A DNA stretch of 64,000 bases from Candidatus Woesearchaeota archaeon (GCA_018302125.1 JAGWAC010000001.1:33684-97683); one strand, 5' to 3'; counted from the first letter of the stretch, positions 7,946-18,149 are shown. A program made the numbers and translations. The notes: generated by a model not told the origin, from the sequence alone.

Positions 7946-10900
7946 TTGGTGAATGATGTTGTTGAACAAGTAGAGAAATTTCGTGATTTTCTAGAGCAAA
8001 ATTATCAAAATCAATTAAATGAAATTACATTAAAAGGAAGAAATTTTTTATTGATAGATTTCTCCAACTTATTAAAATATGATCATGAATTAGCAGATCA
8101 ATTATTAGATGAACCAGAAGAAACAATAAAAGCATTTGAATTAACATTAGATAATTTTGAAATTTCTCATTTCGTAAGAATTAGATTTCATAATCTACCA
8201 TTAAATCAAAAAGTAAAAATAAAAGATATAAGGTCTCAAGACCTTGGAAAATTTTTATTGACAGAAGGAATAGTAAGACAATCTTCTGATGTACGTCCTC
8301 AAGTTGTTTCTGCAAAATTTGAATGTCCTTCATGTGGTAATTCAATTTCAATTCTGCAAGTCGATGTAAAATTCAAAGAACCATATAGGTGTACATGTGG
8401 AAAAAAAGGAAGATTTAGATTATTGTCAAAAGAATTAGTAGATGCACAAAGAATTGTAATTGAAGAAAGTCCTGATTCTTTAGAGGGTGGAGAACAGCCA
8501 AAGAGATTAAATGTTTTCTTGAAAGAAGACTTAGTTGAACCAATTATGGAAAAGAAAACAACTCCTGGTTCAAAAGTAAGAGTAAATGGAATTATAAAAG
8601 AAATTCCTGTTCTATTGAAATCAGGATCTCCAAGTACAAAATATGATATTATGATGGAAGCTAATTTTATTGAGCCTTTAGAAGAAACTTTTGAAGAACT
8701 TGATGTTAACAAAGAAGATGAAGAAAAAATCATAGAATTAGCTAAAAATCCAAAAATATATGAAAAATTTGTAAATAGTATTGCCCCCTCAATTTATGGA
8801 CATTCTGATATAAAAGAAGCTCTTGCTCTTCAATTATTTGGTGGAGTAAGAAAAGAAAGAAAAGATGGAACATGGAACAGAGGAGATATACATATCTTAT
8901 TAGTTGGGGATCCTGGATCATCCAAATCGTCGTTACTTTTTTTTATGTCCAAAGTAGCTCCAAAAGCAAGGTATGTTTCTGGTAAATCAAGTTCAGCAGC
9001 AGGATTATGTGTAGCTCCAGATTCTTTAGTATTAAAAAATCCTGGATCTTTAATTAAAATAAAAGATGAAGTTGAAGAAAGACTAAAATTAGATTCTTCA
9101 AAATATTCAGATGGTATTTGGAAAACAAAAGATGGTTTTAATCAAAAAGTTTATACTTTAGACAATAATTTTAAAGTTAAAAGCGGGCAAGTTGAAAGTT
9201 TTTGGAAAATAAAAGCCCCGGAAGAAATGGTTTCTTTAAAATTACAAAGTGGGAAAGAAATTACACTTACAAAAAACACAAAACTACTAACAATAAATAA
9301 TGGAAAAATAGATTGGCTAGAATCAAATAAATTTATAAAAAATAATTATATAGCCACTGTAAATAATTTAAATGTTAAATCAGATTTATCAATTCCTACT
9401 TTATCATTAGTAACAAGAAATCCGGTAATTTACGGTGTAAAACCTTTCTTAAAAGAAATTTTGAGTAAAGTTAACAAGAGAGAATTAGCTAAAGAATTAA
9501 AAATTAATGAAAATAATTTATATCACAATTGGATAAAAGAAGGTGCAAGAGGAAATATAACTCTTAAGGATTTAAGAAAACTTTTAAACAAATTTAATTT
9601 AAAAGAGGATAAGATTATTGATTATATAACAAACTTATCTCTTTACAGAGCTTATAAATTTAAAATTCCAAAATATTTAAATGAAGATTTTTTGTATTTA
9701 ACAGGCTTAATTGCCGGAGATGGAGATCTATCTGAAAATAAAAGAAAAGATTCTGTTAAAATAAGACTTTCTAATAGTAATAAGGTTATTAGGGATAATT
9801 TTAAGAAAATAGTTAAAAACTTGTTTAATGTTAAAGCTGGACGATCAAGTAAAAAATCTGCCCAAAGATCAGAATCAATAGGGTTTAGTAATATAATTAT
9901 ATCAGAAATAATAAATAAATTATGTATACCAAAATCACATAAAATAGATATGGGTAGTCTTTTGCTAAATCTACCAAATAATTTAGTTGCTAATTTTGTT
10001 GCTGGATATTTTGATTGTGAGGGTAGCCCCGTGTATAGGGACAAAAAAGAAGGAAGCTCAATTTTAGAGATATCTTCTACAAGTAAAACTATTTTAAAAA
10101 AATTACAAATTGTTCTACTTAGGTGGGGAATACTTAGCACTTTAAGGGGGAAAAGAGCAAAGGGAAAAATAAGTAAGCGCACTAACTCAAAAATAATAGT
10201 TTCTAAACACGATAAAGATATTTTAACTATTTATGGAAAAGATAATTTTATCAAATTTAGGGATAATATTCCAATCAGACAACCCGATAAAAAGAAAGAA
10301 CTTGATTTTATTATCAGGAAAATAAATAAATATGATACAAATACAGATATTGTACCAAATATAAGTTCTTTGATAAAAACAATTAGGAAAAAACTAAAAT
10401 TAAATCTAAAATCGCTAAAGATTCGTAGAAATAATTATAGTAAAAATTATTTAAAAAAAATAGTTAATGAAATTGAAAGCATAACTTCAGAAACTTGTAA
10501 TGAGTTTTCATATTTAAAAACTCTTTCTGAAGCAAATATATTCTGGGATAAAATAAGAGAGATTAAAGTAATAAAACCAGATTATGAATATGTTTATGAT
10601 TTAACAGTTAAAGAATCACATAATTTTTTAGTTAATGGTGTAGTTGTTCATAATACTGCTAGTGTAGTAAAAGATGAATTTCTTAAAGGTTGGGCGTTGG
10701 AAGCTGGTGCTTTAGCATTAGCTAATAATGGATCAATCTACATTGATGAATTGGACAAAATGGATGAAGAAGATACTTCTGCTTTGCATGAAGGGCTTGA
10801 ACAGCAGCAAATAAGTTTTAGTAAAGCAAATATTCAGGCAACATTATTGACAAGAACATCAGCTTTAGCAGCAGCTAATCCAAAATTAGGGAGATTTGAT

Positions 10901-11614
10901 CCTTACCAACCAATAGCAGCACAAATTAACTTGCCTCCAGCATTAATTAACAGATTTGATTTAATTTTTCCAATGAGAGATATTCCAGATGAACAAATTG
11001 ATACCAAAATAGCAACTCATATTCTTGAGGTTCATGAAAATAAAGATGGTGGATTTATACCAGATATAGATTCAAAATTAATAAAAAAATATGTTTCTTA
11101 TGCAAAAAAAAGAGTGTTCCCAAAATTAACAGAAGGTGCAAAAGATGAAATTAGAAATTTTTATGTAAGTTTAAGAAACTCAGGTAGTGGAGATAAAAAT
11201 GAAGTTAAACCAATTCCAATTTCTGCAAGACAATTAGAAGCCCTAATAAGATTAAGTGAAGCATCTGCAAGAGTTCGCCTTAGCAATAAAATAACAAAAG
11301 ATGATTCAAGAAGAGCTATTAGAATTTTAAAAAAATGTTTGGAAAAAGTTGGTATTGATCCAGAAACAGGAAAAATAGATATTGATAGAATTACTACAGG
11401 AATTACAACATCTCAAAGAGGGAAAATAATTATAGTTCGTGAAGTTATAAATGAGTTTAACAGGAATGGAATTAAAACTATTCCAGTAGAAGATATAATT
11501 AATGCATGTAAAGATAAGGGCTTGGAAGAAAGCAGAATAGAAAATATAATAGATCAGATGAAAAAAGAAGGTGAAATATTCCAGCCTAAAGTTGGTTTCA
11601 TTAGCAAGATTTAA
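7946..11614 (+). CDS. mcm: MCM replicative helicase interrupted by an intein
   Basis: N-terminal zinc finger (CPSCGN...CTCGKKG), Walker A GDPGSSKS, and Walker B with arginine finger after the intein (IYIDELDKM, SALHEGLEQQQIS). The extein is 673 aa. Confidence 0.95.
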   Translation: MVNDVVEQVEKFRDFLEQNYQNQLNEITLKGRNFLLIDFSNLLKYDHELADQLLDEPEETIKAFELTLDNFEISHFVRIRFHNLPLNQKVKIKDIRSQDLGKFLLTEGIVRQSSDVRPQVVSAKFECPSCGNSISILQVDVKFKEPYRCTCGKKGRFRLLSKELVDAQRIVIEESPDSLEGGEQPKRLNVFLKEDLVEPIMEKKTTPGSKVRVNGIIKEIPVLLKSGSPSTKYDIMMEANFIEPLEETFEELDVNKEDEEKIIELAKNPKIYEKFVNSIAPSIYGHSDIKEALALQLFGGVRKERKDGTWNRGDIHILLVGDPGSSKSSLLFFMSKVAPKARYVSGKSSSAAGLCVAPDSLVLKNPGSLIKIKDEVEERLKLDSSKYSDGIWKTKDGFNQKVYTLDNNFKVKSGQVESFWKIKAPEEMVSLKLQSGKEITLTKNTKLLTINNGKIDWLESNKFIKNNYIATVNNLNVKSDLSIPTLSLVTRNPVIYGVKPFLKEILSKVNKRELAKELKINENNLYHNWIKEGARGNITLKDLRKLLNKFNLKEDKIIDYITNLSLYRAYKFKIPKYLNEDFLYLTGLIAGDGDLSENKRKDSVKIRLSNSNKVIRDNFKKIVKNLFNVKAGRSSKKSAQRSESIGFSNIIISEIINKLCIPKSHKIDMGSLLLNLPNNLVANFVAGYFDCEGSPVYRDKKEGSSILEISSTSKTILKKLQIVLLRWGILSTLRGKRAKGKISKRTNSKIIVSKHDKDILTIYGKDNFIKFRDNIPIRQPDKKKELDFIIRKINKYDTNTDIVPNISSLIKTIRKKLKLNLKSLKIRRNNYSKNYLKKIVNEIESITSETCNEFSYLKTLSEANIFWDKIREIKVIKPDYEYVYDLTVKESHNFLVNGVVVHNTASVVKDEFLKGWALEAGALALANNGSIYIDELDKMDEEDTSALHEGLEQQQISFSKANIQATLLTRTSALAAANPKLGRFDPYQPIAAQINLPPALINRFDLIFPMRDIPDEQIDTKIATHILEVHENKDGGFIPDIDSKLIKKYVSYAKKRVFPKLTEGAKDEIRNFYVSLRNSGSGDKNEVKPIPISARQLEALIRLSEASARVRLSNKITKDDSRRAIRILKKCLEKVGIDPETGKIDIDRITTGITTSQRGKIIIVREVINEFNRNGIKTIPVEDIINACKDKGLEESRIENIIDQMKKEGEIFQPKVGFISKI
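9008..10654 (+). mobile_element. MCM intein (549 aa) with LAGLIDADG homing endonuclease
   Basis: Begins CVAPDSL directly after ...SSAAGL. Two LAGLIDADG motifs (LTGLIAGDGDL, VAGYFDCEGS). Ends YVYDLTVKESHNFLVNGVVVHN, followed by Thr (+1). Confidence 0.85.
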
Positions 11615-11639
11615 AAATCATTTCTTCTTCAAAAAATAA

Positions 11640-11876
11640 ATGATAGTTAAATATTTAGTCTACAAAATAAATGATGAATATAAATTTGTTTTTCAAGAAG
11701 ATTCAGAACAACTTGCAGAAGAGTGGGCTAGAAGATTGGGCGGAAAAGCTGTTTTTACTGGTTATTTTTTTTCCAAAAATGATTTGGAAAGAGTATTCGA
11801 TATTCTCAAAGTAGTTCAAAGGGCAAACTTTACAGGAAGATTTAATCTTAAAGAATTAGAAGAAATATTAAAATGA
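11640..11876 (+). CDS. hypothetical protein (78 aa)
   Basis: ORF only. Confidence 0.3.
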   Translation: MIVKYLVYKINDEYKFVFQEDSEQLAEEWARRLGGKAVFTGYFFSKNDLERVFDILKVVQRANFTGRFNLKELEEILK

Positions 11877-12172
11877 AAATAATTTATTTATAATACTTTG
11901 TAGCAAGAAAACTTTAGGCTTTCAAGCACACATATTTCTTGAAAAAGGTATAAAAGAGTGGGAATCAAAATTAGAAAGATGGCAAATAAGAAGAATTACT
12001 CAAGGCATTCTTTTTGAAGGCATTGAATCTGATGAATATCTAAACTTTCAAATAAAATAACAGCAATAAAAAAGCTTATAGAAAAAGTAAATGCAACAGG
12101 TAAATCCAATCAAGAGAACTAGAAAGCAGATTATTTCAAAAGCCTTAAAAACCCATCTTCTTAAATACAATT

Positions 12173-12583
12173 ATGAGTTATGAAGAATTATTGAAAAAGG
12201 CAAGGAAAGAGCTTCCAAAAACAATTGTAAGCAGTAAAGAAAGGTTTGAAATTCCTAAAGTTTCTGGTCATGTAGAAGGAAATAAGACTATTATTACAAA
12301 TTTCATGCAAATTTGCGATATTTTTGGTCGTGAATTTTCTCAACTATTAAAATATCTGCAAAAAGAACTTGCAACTCCAGCTGTTTTAGAGAATCAAAGA
12401 CTAATATTCGGAAGAAAATTAAACTCAAATTTCATTAATCAAAAAATAGAGCATTTTGCAAAAATATTTGTTCTATGTAAAGAATGTGGAAAACCAGATA
12501 CAAAATTAATAAGAGAAGACAGGTTCTTATTCTTAAAATGTACAGCATGTGGTGCAAAACATTCAGTTACAGCTAAAATTTAA
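12173..12583 (+). CDS. translation initiation factor aIF-2 beta subunit
   Basis: eIF2-beta/eIF5 fold with a C-terminal C4 zinc ribbon (CKECGKPDT...CTACGA). Length 136 aa. Confidence 0.85.
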   Translation: MSYEELLKKARKELPKTIVSSKERFEIPKVSGHVEGNKTIITNFMQICDIFGREFSQLLKYLQKELATPAVLENQRLIFGRKLNSNFINQKIEHFAKIFVLCKECGKPDTKLIREDRFLFLKCTACGAKHSVTAKI

Positions 12584-12584
12584 T

Positions 12585-12878
12585 ATGTTTTTTGTAAAAA
12601 TTCATAAAAAGCTTGGAAGAGAAGTATTGGCAATTTGTGATGAAAATATATTAGGAAAAATGCTTAAAGAAGGAAATATTAATTTTGAAATTAAGGCAGA
12701 GTTCTATAATGGTGAAAAAATGTCAGAAATCCAAGTAAAAAAATTATTAGAAAATTCTGTCAATTACAATATAATAGGTAAAGAAATTGTAAAAATAGCA
12801 ATAAAAATAGGTTTAATAGATAAAGATCAAGTAATAAAAATCAGAGGTATACCTCATGCCCAGGGACTCATCATATAA
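12585..12878 (+). CDS. DUF424-family protein
   Basis: MFFVKIHKKLGREVLAICDENILGK... matches the conserved DUF424 N-terminus usually found downstream of aIF-2 beta. Internal ATG at 12585, immediately after the aIF-2 beta stop. Confidence 0.55.
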   Translation: MFFVKIHKKLGREVLAICDENILGKMLKEGNINFEIKAEFYNGEKMSEIQVKKLLENSVNYNIIGKEIVKIAIKIGLIDKDQVIKIRGIPHAQGLII

Positions 12879-13182
12879 GGAAAACAGACATAGCAATTAT
12901 TATGAAGCAATTCTCCAATTAAGGCCTTATAATGAAAAAGTAGTTGATTTTATTCTAAAAAAGATAAGTGAAAGAAAAAATGTTTATATTGCTAAAGAAG
13001 TTCCTTTAAAAACAGGCATTGATTTATATTTAACAGATCAGAGATTTGCAAGAGCCTTGGGCAGGCGGCTAAAAAGAAATTTTAAAGGCAAATTAATTCT
13101 AAGCAGAAAACTGCACACAAGAGATAGACAGACAAGCAGAAATATATATAGGGTAACTGTTTGTTTCAGATTAGAAGAATAA
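12856..13182 (+). CDS. minimal Nmd3-like protein (lacks Zn-cluster domain)
   Basis: YYEAILQLRPYNEKVVDFI...GIDLYLTDQRFARALGRRLKRNFKGKLILSRKLHTRDRQTSRNIYRVTVCFRL resembles the OB-like region after the Cys4 clusters in archaeal Nmd3 (COG1499). No upstream room exists for the zinc domain. Confidence 0.4.
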   Translation: MPRDSSYKENRHSNYYEAILQLRPYNEKVVDFILKKISERKNVYIAKEVPLKTGIDLYLTDQRFARALGRRLKRNFKGKLILSRKLHTRDRQTSRNIYRVTVCFRLEE

Positions 13183-13189
13183 AAGAGAT

Positions 13190-13669
13190 TTAAAAATCAT
13201 CAATAAGTTCAATGGCTTTTGCATAAATATCTGCAGATATATAATAGGAATTTAATGTTACTGATATTTTTAATATCTCTTTTGCCTCATTTTTCGTGAT
13301 CTTTTTTTCTCTTAAATTCTCCAATATAACTCCAATTAATCCTTTTGTTTTAATTTGAAGAAGTTCTGCAGTTTTTCTGGCCCTTTTGTCATCAGAGAAA
13401 AACCAATTAATATTCTTTTGTTTACATAAAGATATAGCACTGTTTTCTTCAGAATCTAAATCCAAACTCATTTCTTCAATTGGATCTTCAATTCTTATTT
13501 TTTCTTTAACATATTCTTCTAGGTATTTATTTTCACTAATAACTTTTTTACTTCCTAAAATCTCCTCTTCAACTTTTGTTGTAATTATTATTTTAAATAT
13601 ATTTAATAAATCTAATCTCCTTATTTTTGCTAAAAGAATTATAACTGTAGAATTCGCTATTGCTTCCAT
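13190..13669 (-). CDS. PIN-domain protein (DUF3368-like), putative toxin
   Basis: 159 aa, intact paralog of the frameshifted gene at 186-616. Overlaps the upstream UPF0175 gene by 13 nt. Confidence 0.75.
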   Translation of the reverse strand: MEAIANSTVIILLAKIRRLDLLNIFKIIITTKVEEEILGSKKVISENKYLEEYVKEKIRIEDPIEEMSLDLDSEENSAISLCKQKNINWFFSDDKRARKTAELLQIKTKGLIGVILENLREKKITKNEAKEILKISVTLNSYYISADIYAKAIELIDDF

Positions 13670-13965
13670 TTCATACTTCTTAAATCTCTTTCTAATTCCT
13701 CCATATCATAATTTAAAGGAATCTTTCTTTCTTTAAGTAAATCAAAAAATTCCCAGATACTTACATTTGCAAATTTAGCTGCCTGGCCAGTTGAAAATTT
13801 TCCTTCTTTGTACATTTTTATAGCATAATCCTTTTTCCATTGAATAAGAGCCTCAGCTAAAAGCCTTCGAATTGTTGTTGATTTATCTAAATCTTCAGTT
13901 TTAGCAACTATGCTCAAGTCCTTGTCCATATCCTTTGGAAATCTTGTTGTTATCACGCTTTCCAT
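13657..13965 (-). CDS. UPF0175-family putative antitoxin
   Basis: 102 aa, directly upstream of and overlapping the PIN gene; paralog of 1-196. Confidence 0.7.
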   Translation of the reverse strand: MESVITTRFPKDMDKDLSIVAKTEDLDKSTTIRRLLAEALIQWKKDYAIKMYKEGKFSTGQAAKFANVSIWEFFDLLKERKIPLNYDMEELERDLRSMKWKQ

Positions 13966-14049
13966 AATACATTGTATGACTTTGTCATATATGAATTTTT
14001 TGCTTTAGTGATAGATAGAATTTATATTTCTCTAATTTATTAGATTTAT

Positions 14050-14886
14050 ATGGGTATTAACGCCTTGATAAAATCTATTAAGGGAAAAAAGAATTTAGGA
14101 ATTGATGATAAATATGTAATTGAAATTCTTGACAAATATTTAAAAAATCAGAAAATAAAAGAATTATTTGAAAAAGATGAGAAATTTATTTTTAAAAATA
14201 AGGAATTTAAAAAATTAGTTAAGGAAATCAGAAAAGAGTTGTATAAAATTCATGGCTTGTATCAGGTAAAAAAACAATCAAAAAAGCAGGAATTATTAAA
14301 CAAATTACAAAAAGCAAAAAATATTGATGAAATTAAAGAAATATCAATAGAAATTCTTAAGCAGCATACCTCTTCAAGAGAAAGACTAAACAATTATAAA
14401 AAATTATATTCAGAAATCCTAAAAATTAAACCAAAATCAATCTTAGATCTTGCTTCTGGCCTGAATCCCTGCTCAATTGTACTCTCAAATTTTAAAGGAG
14501 ATTATTATGCATATGAAATTAGCAGAGATGATGTCCAATTTCTAAATAAATATTTTAAAATTATTAGAAAATATAATTTAAATGGAAGAGCATTTGTAAA
14601 AGACATAACAAAGAATTTTAATTATAAAAGAGCAGATATTTGTTTTTTGTTTAAATTTCTCGATTTATTGGAAAAGAACAGAAAATTATTCGTAATAAAT
14701 CTAATTAAAAATCTAAACTGTAAATATTTGATAGTAAGTTTCTCTAAAAAAACCATTTCATTAAAGCAAATGAAAAACACTGAAAGGAAATGGTTTGTTA
14801 GTTTGTTAAATGAATTAGATTTAAATTATAGAAGATTGGACTTTGAAAACGAATTTTTTTATATAATTGAACTAAAACTCCCTTAG
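14050..14886 (+). CDS. SAM-dependent methyltransferase resembling FmrO/ArmA/Rmt-type 16S rRNA m7G1405 methyltransferases
   Basis: Motif I ILDLASGLNPCSIVL resembles the (V/I)LD(I/L)ACGLNPLAL signature of Arm/Rmt enzymes. It is preceded by a helical lysine-rich N-terminal domain, as in that family. Confidence 0.4.
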   Translation: MGINALIKSIKGKKNLGIDDKYVIEILDKYLKNQKIKELFEKDEKFIFKNKEFKKLVKEIRKELYKIHGLYQVKKQSKKQELLNKLQKAKNIDEIKEISIEILKQHTSSRERLNNYKKLYSEILKIKPKSILDLASGLNPCSIVLSNFKGDYYAYEISRDDVQFLNKYFKIIRKYNLNGRAFVKDITKNFNYKRADICFLFKFLDLLEKNRKLFVINLIKNLNCKYLIVSFSKKTISLKQMKNTERKWFVSLLNELDLNYRRLDFENEFFYIIELKLP

Positions 14887-15135
14887 AATTTTATTAATAT
14901 CTTTTTTCATTTGACTTAATAAACCTAACTTATTTACTAATTTTTGTGTTTCCATTTCTTTTCTCGATTTGCCTTTTAGCCGCTGAATACCATAATTATA
15001 ATTTTTAAGATCTTGTTCTACTTTTTTTAAGACAATATATATCTCTTTTATTTCTCTAGTTTCTTCAGAGTAATTAGGTACAAATAAGCTTTCAATTCTT
15101 TCACCAATATTAGCTAAAAAATCTAAAAATCCCAT
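14872..15135 (-). CDS. hypothetical protein (87 aa, predicted helical)
   Basis: ORF only. Confidence 0.3.
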   Translation of the reverse strand: MGFLDFLANIGERIESLFVPNYSEETREIKEIYIVLKKVEQDLKNYNYGIQRLKGKSRKEMETQKLVNKLGLLSQMKKDINKILREF

Positions 15136-15168
15136 TAGTTTTATATATTTCCTTAACTTTTAAATTTA

Positions 15169-17751
15169 ATGGATTTTGGTAATTTGGGAAAAAAAGAGGT
15201 ATTTAGATTATTAAAAAGTTCTGAATTAGGATTAAATGAAAAAGATGTTGAAAATAAATTAAAAGAATATGGCTTAAATGAATTAAAGGAAAAAAAGGAA
15301 AATAAGGCATTAAAAATTCTCTTAGAGCAGATAAAAAATATTGTTATTTATATTTTATTTGGTGCTGTTCTAATTTCTTTATATTTTAAGGAATATTTAG
15401 ATGCCGGAGTAATATTAGCAATTTTAATTTTAAATGTAATTTTAGGTTTTATACAGGACTATAAAGCAGAAAAAGCAATTGAATCTCTAAAAAAAATAAC
15501 AGTTACAAATGTAAAAGTATTAAGAAACAACAAAAAGCAGGTTATTGATTCTAAATTCTTGGTTTCAGGAGATATTATTTTTCTAGAATCAGGAGATAAA
15601 ATTCCCGCTGATTCTTTTTTATTGGAGACAAATGAATTCAAAGTTGATGAATCTGTATTGACAGGCGAAAGTGTACCAGTAAAAAAAGAAGTTGATAATA
15701 AAAAAGACAGAAGAAATCTTGTTTTTTCAGGAACAAATGTTGTTTATGGAAATTGCAGAGCTCTTGTTTTAAAAACAGGAATGTCAACAGAATTAGGAAA
15801 AATCGCAGATTTGATTCAGACAGAAAACCAAAGAGAAACTCCTTTGCAGAAAAAATTAGGAAAACTAGGCTTAAATTTAGGAATTATAACAATATTTATT
15901 TCAATAATAATTTTAATTTCAGGATTGTTAAGGCAGCAGGAATTATCTGAAATTTTATTAGTTTCAGTAAGTCTGGCAGTTGCAGCAATACCAGAAGGTC
16001 TGCCGGCAGTTGTTACAATTTCTTTAGCACTTGGAGTTCAAAGAATGGTTAAAAGCAATGTCTTGGTTAGAAAATTAAGTTCAGCAGAAACTTTGGGCTC
16101 AGTAACTATAATTGCAAGCGATAAAACAGGAACAATAACTTGTAATCAAATGACTGTAAAAAAAATATATGGTGGAAAAAATATTATTGATGTGACTGGT
16201 GAGGGATATGGTTTTGCAGGAAATTTCCTCTTAAATAATTCAAAATTCAATCCAAATAAAATATCCAAATTAATTCAATGCGCTTCTCTATGCAACAATG
16301 CCCAGTTATCAGATAAAAAACATTTTGGCGATCCAACTGAAATAGCATTATTGGTTTTGGGAAAAAAAGCCAAATTAAATTTCACAGACAAAAGAATAAA
16401 GGAAATTCCTTTTAGCTCTGAAAATAAATTCATGGGGACAATTAATCAGGATAAAAATAAAAAAATTTTATTCTTGAAAGGAGCTCCAGAAGTAATATTA
16501 AAAAAAAGTTCTAGAATTTTGATTAATAATAAAATCGTAAAATTAACAGATAAAAAGAAAAGAGAAATATTAAATGTGAATGAAAATTTTGCTAATAATG
16601 CATTAAGGGTTCTAGGATTTTGTTATAATGAAAAATTAAATGAAAAAAATTCCATATTTTTGGGGCTGATTGGAATGATTGACCCCCCTAGAAAAGAAGT
16701 TCATGATTCTATAGCTTTATGTAAAAAAGCAGGAATTAGGGTTGTAATGATTACAGGCGACCATAAATTAACAGCGCAGGCAATAGCAAGACAAATAGGA
16801 CTTAAAGACAGGGCATTGACAGGTGAAGAGCTGGACAAATTAAGCCCGGAAAAATTAAAGAAAATCGCAAAAGAAATTGAAATTTATGCAAGAGTAAATC
16901 CAATACATAAGGTAAAAATTCTGGAAGCTCTTGAAAATAACAATATAATAGCAATGACTGGTGATGGCGTAAATGATGCTCCTGCATTAAAAAAAGCAGA
17001 TATTGGGGTTAGTGTTGGTGACAGTTCTGATGTAGCAAAAGAGGCAAGCAATTTAATTCTTTTAGATAACAGCTTTGCATCAATTGTAAAGGCAGTTAAA
17101 GAGGGCCGTGGAATTTACAACAATATCAAGAAATTTGTTAATTATTTATTATCAAGTAATTTAGGGGAAGTGTTTACTTTATTTTTTGCAATGATGTTTG
17201 GATTTAAAGATACATTGGGGAATTTCATTATCCCATTATTACCTTTGCAGATTCTCTGGATAAACTTAGTCACAGATGGCCTTCCAGCCTTGGCATTAGG
17301 AGTAGATCCAATAAATAATGATATCATGCATAAAAAACCAAGAAATCCAAAAGAAAATATTATTTCTAAAAACATGATATTTAATGTTTTGTTCACAGGT
17401 TTAATTTTTGCATTAACAACCTTGATTTTATTTAAATTAAATTTAAATGATCCAGGAAAAGCCCAGACAATTGCCTTTTCAACATTGGTAATTTTAGAAT
17501 TATTTAGGGTAAACATAATCAGAAAGCAATACAATACAAAACTATTTGCAAATAAATATTTGATTCTTGCAGTAATTTCCTCAATTCTATTGCAATTAAT
17601 AACAATCTATACTCCTTTAAACAAAATATTCAACACAACATTTTTATCATTAACAGATTGGATATTCATTATTTTAGTAAGTTTATTTGCAACCATAATT
17701 TGTAGAATTTTTTATTTAATTTCTATAAAAATAACAAAGCAGGTAGATTAA
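15169..17751 (+). CDS. P-type cation-transporting ATPase (Ca2+/type IIA-like)
   Basis: DKTGTIT phosphorylation site, TGDGVNDAPALKKADIGV hinge motif, about 10 transmembrane segments; 860 aa. Confidence 0.9.
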   Translation: MDFGNLGKKEVFRLLKSSELGLNEKDVENKLKEYGLNELKEKKENKALKILLEQIKNIVIYILFGAVLISLYFKEYLDAGVILAILILNVILGFIQDYKAEKAIESLKKITVTNVKVLRNNKKQVIDSKFLVSGDIIFLESGDKIPADSFLLETNEFKVDESVLTGESVPVKKEVDNKKDRRNLVFSGTNVVYGNCRALVLKTGMSTELGKIADLIQTENQRETPLQKKLGKLGLNLGIITIFISIIILISGLLRQQELSEILLVSVSLAVAAIPEGLPAVVTISLALGVQRMVKSNVLVRKLSSAETLGSVTIIASDKTGTITCNQMTVKKIYGGKNIIDVTGEGYGFAGNFLLNNSKFNPNKISKLIQCASLCNNAQLSDKKHFGDPTEIALLVLGKKAKLNFTDKRIKEIPFSSENKFMGTINQDKNKKILFLKGAPEVILKKSSRILINNKIVKLTDKKKREILNVNENFANNALRVLGFCYNEKLNEKNSIFLGLIGMIDPPRKEVHDSIALCKKAGIRVVMITGDHKLTAQAIARQIGLKDRALTGEELDKLSPEKLKKIAKEIEIYARVNPIHKVKILEALENNNIIAMTGDGVNDAPALKKADIGVSVGDSSDVAKEASNLILLDNSFASIVKAVKEGRGIYNNIKKFVNYLLSSNLGEVFTLFFAMMFGFKDTLGNFIIPLLPLQILWINLVTDGLPALALGVDPINNDIMHKKPRNPKENIISKNMIFNVLFTGLIFALTTLILFKLNLNDPGKAQTIAFSTLVILELFRVNIIRKQYNTKLFANKYLILAVISSILLQLITIYTPLNKIFNTTFLSLTDWIFIILVSLFATIICRIFYLISIKITKQVD

Positions 17752-17798
17752 CAATAATAAGGCAAACTTTTATAAATCAAAGTAATGATTTTTAGAAT

Positions 17799-18143
17799 AT
17801 GAATAAAAAAGCCGAAGAACTACAGAAACAACAGAGAATAGAACAAGATATCTATAGAGTTAAATTACCTAGAGGTAGGCAATCTATAGGCATCTTAGAC
17901 CAGAGGCTGGGAGCCAGTAGAATGAAAGTAAAATGCTTTGATGGAAAAACAAGAATATGTAGAATTCCAGGAAGATTAAAAAGAAAACTTTGGCTAAGAG
18001 AAGGAGATTATATATTAGTAGAACCTTGGGAATTAGGTGGAGATGATAAAGGAGATATAGTTTTTAAGTATAGGCCAGCCCAAATAGCTTGGTTAAAACA
18101 AAAAGGGCATATAAAAGCAATAGAAACAGTTTCAGAATTCTAA
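17799..18143 (+). CDS. translation initiation factor aIF-1A
   Basis: S1-like OB fold with a strong match to e/aIF-1A (VKLPRGRQSIGILDQRLGASRMKVKCFDGKTRICRIPGRLKRKLW). Confidence 0.9.
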   Translation: MNKKAEELQKQQRIEQDIYRVKLPRGRQSIGILDQRLGASRMKVKCFDGKTRICRIPGRLKRKLWLREGDYILVEPWELGGDDKGDIVFKYRPAQIAWLKQKGHIKAIETVSEF

Positions 18144-18149
18144 TTTGAA

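Noticed and set aside
8299-8733. Antisense ORFs inside large genes (for example 8299-8733, 9652-10182, 26039-26563, 17142-17534, 38194-38892)
   Set aside because: Fully embedded antisense to high-confidence genes (mcm, P-type ATPase, TctA-like, lon). They show AT-rich low-complexity translations typical of spurious ORFs.
11877-12172. Gene in the 296-bp spacer before aIF-2 beta
   Set aside because: Only very short ORFs (about 12 aa) are present and no RNA-gene-like structure was recognised.
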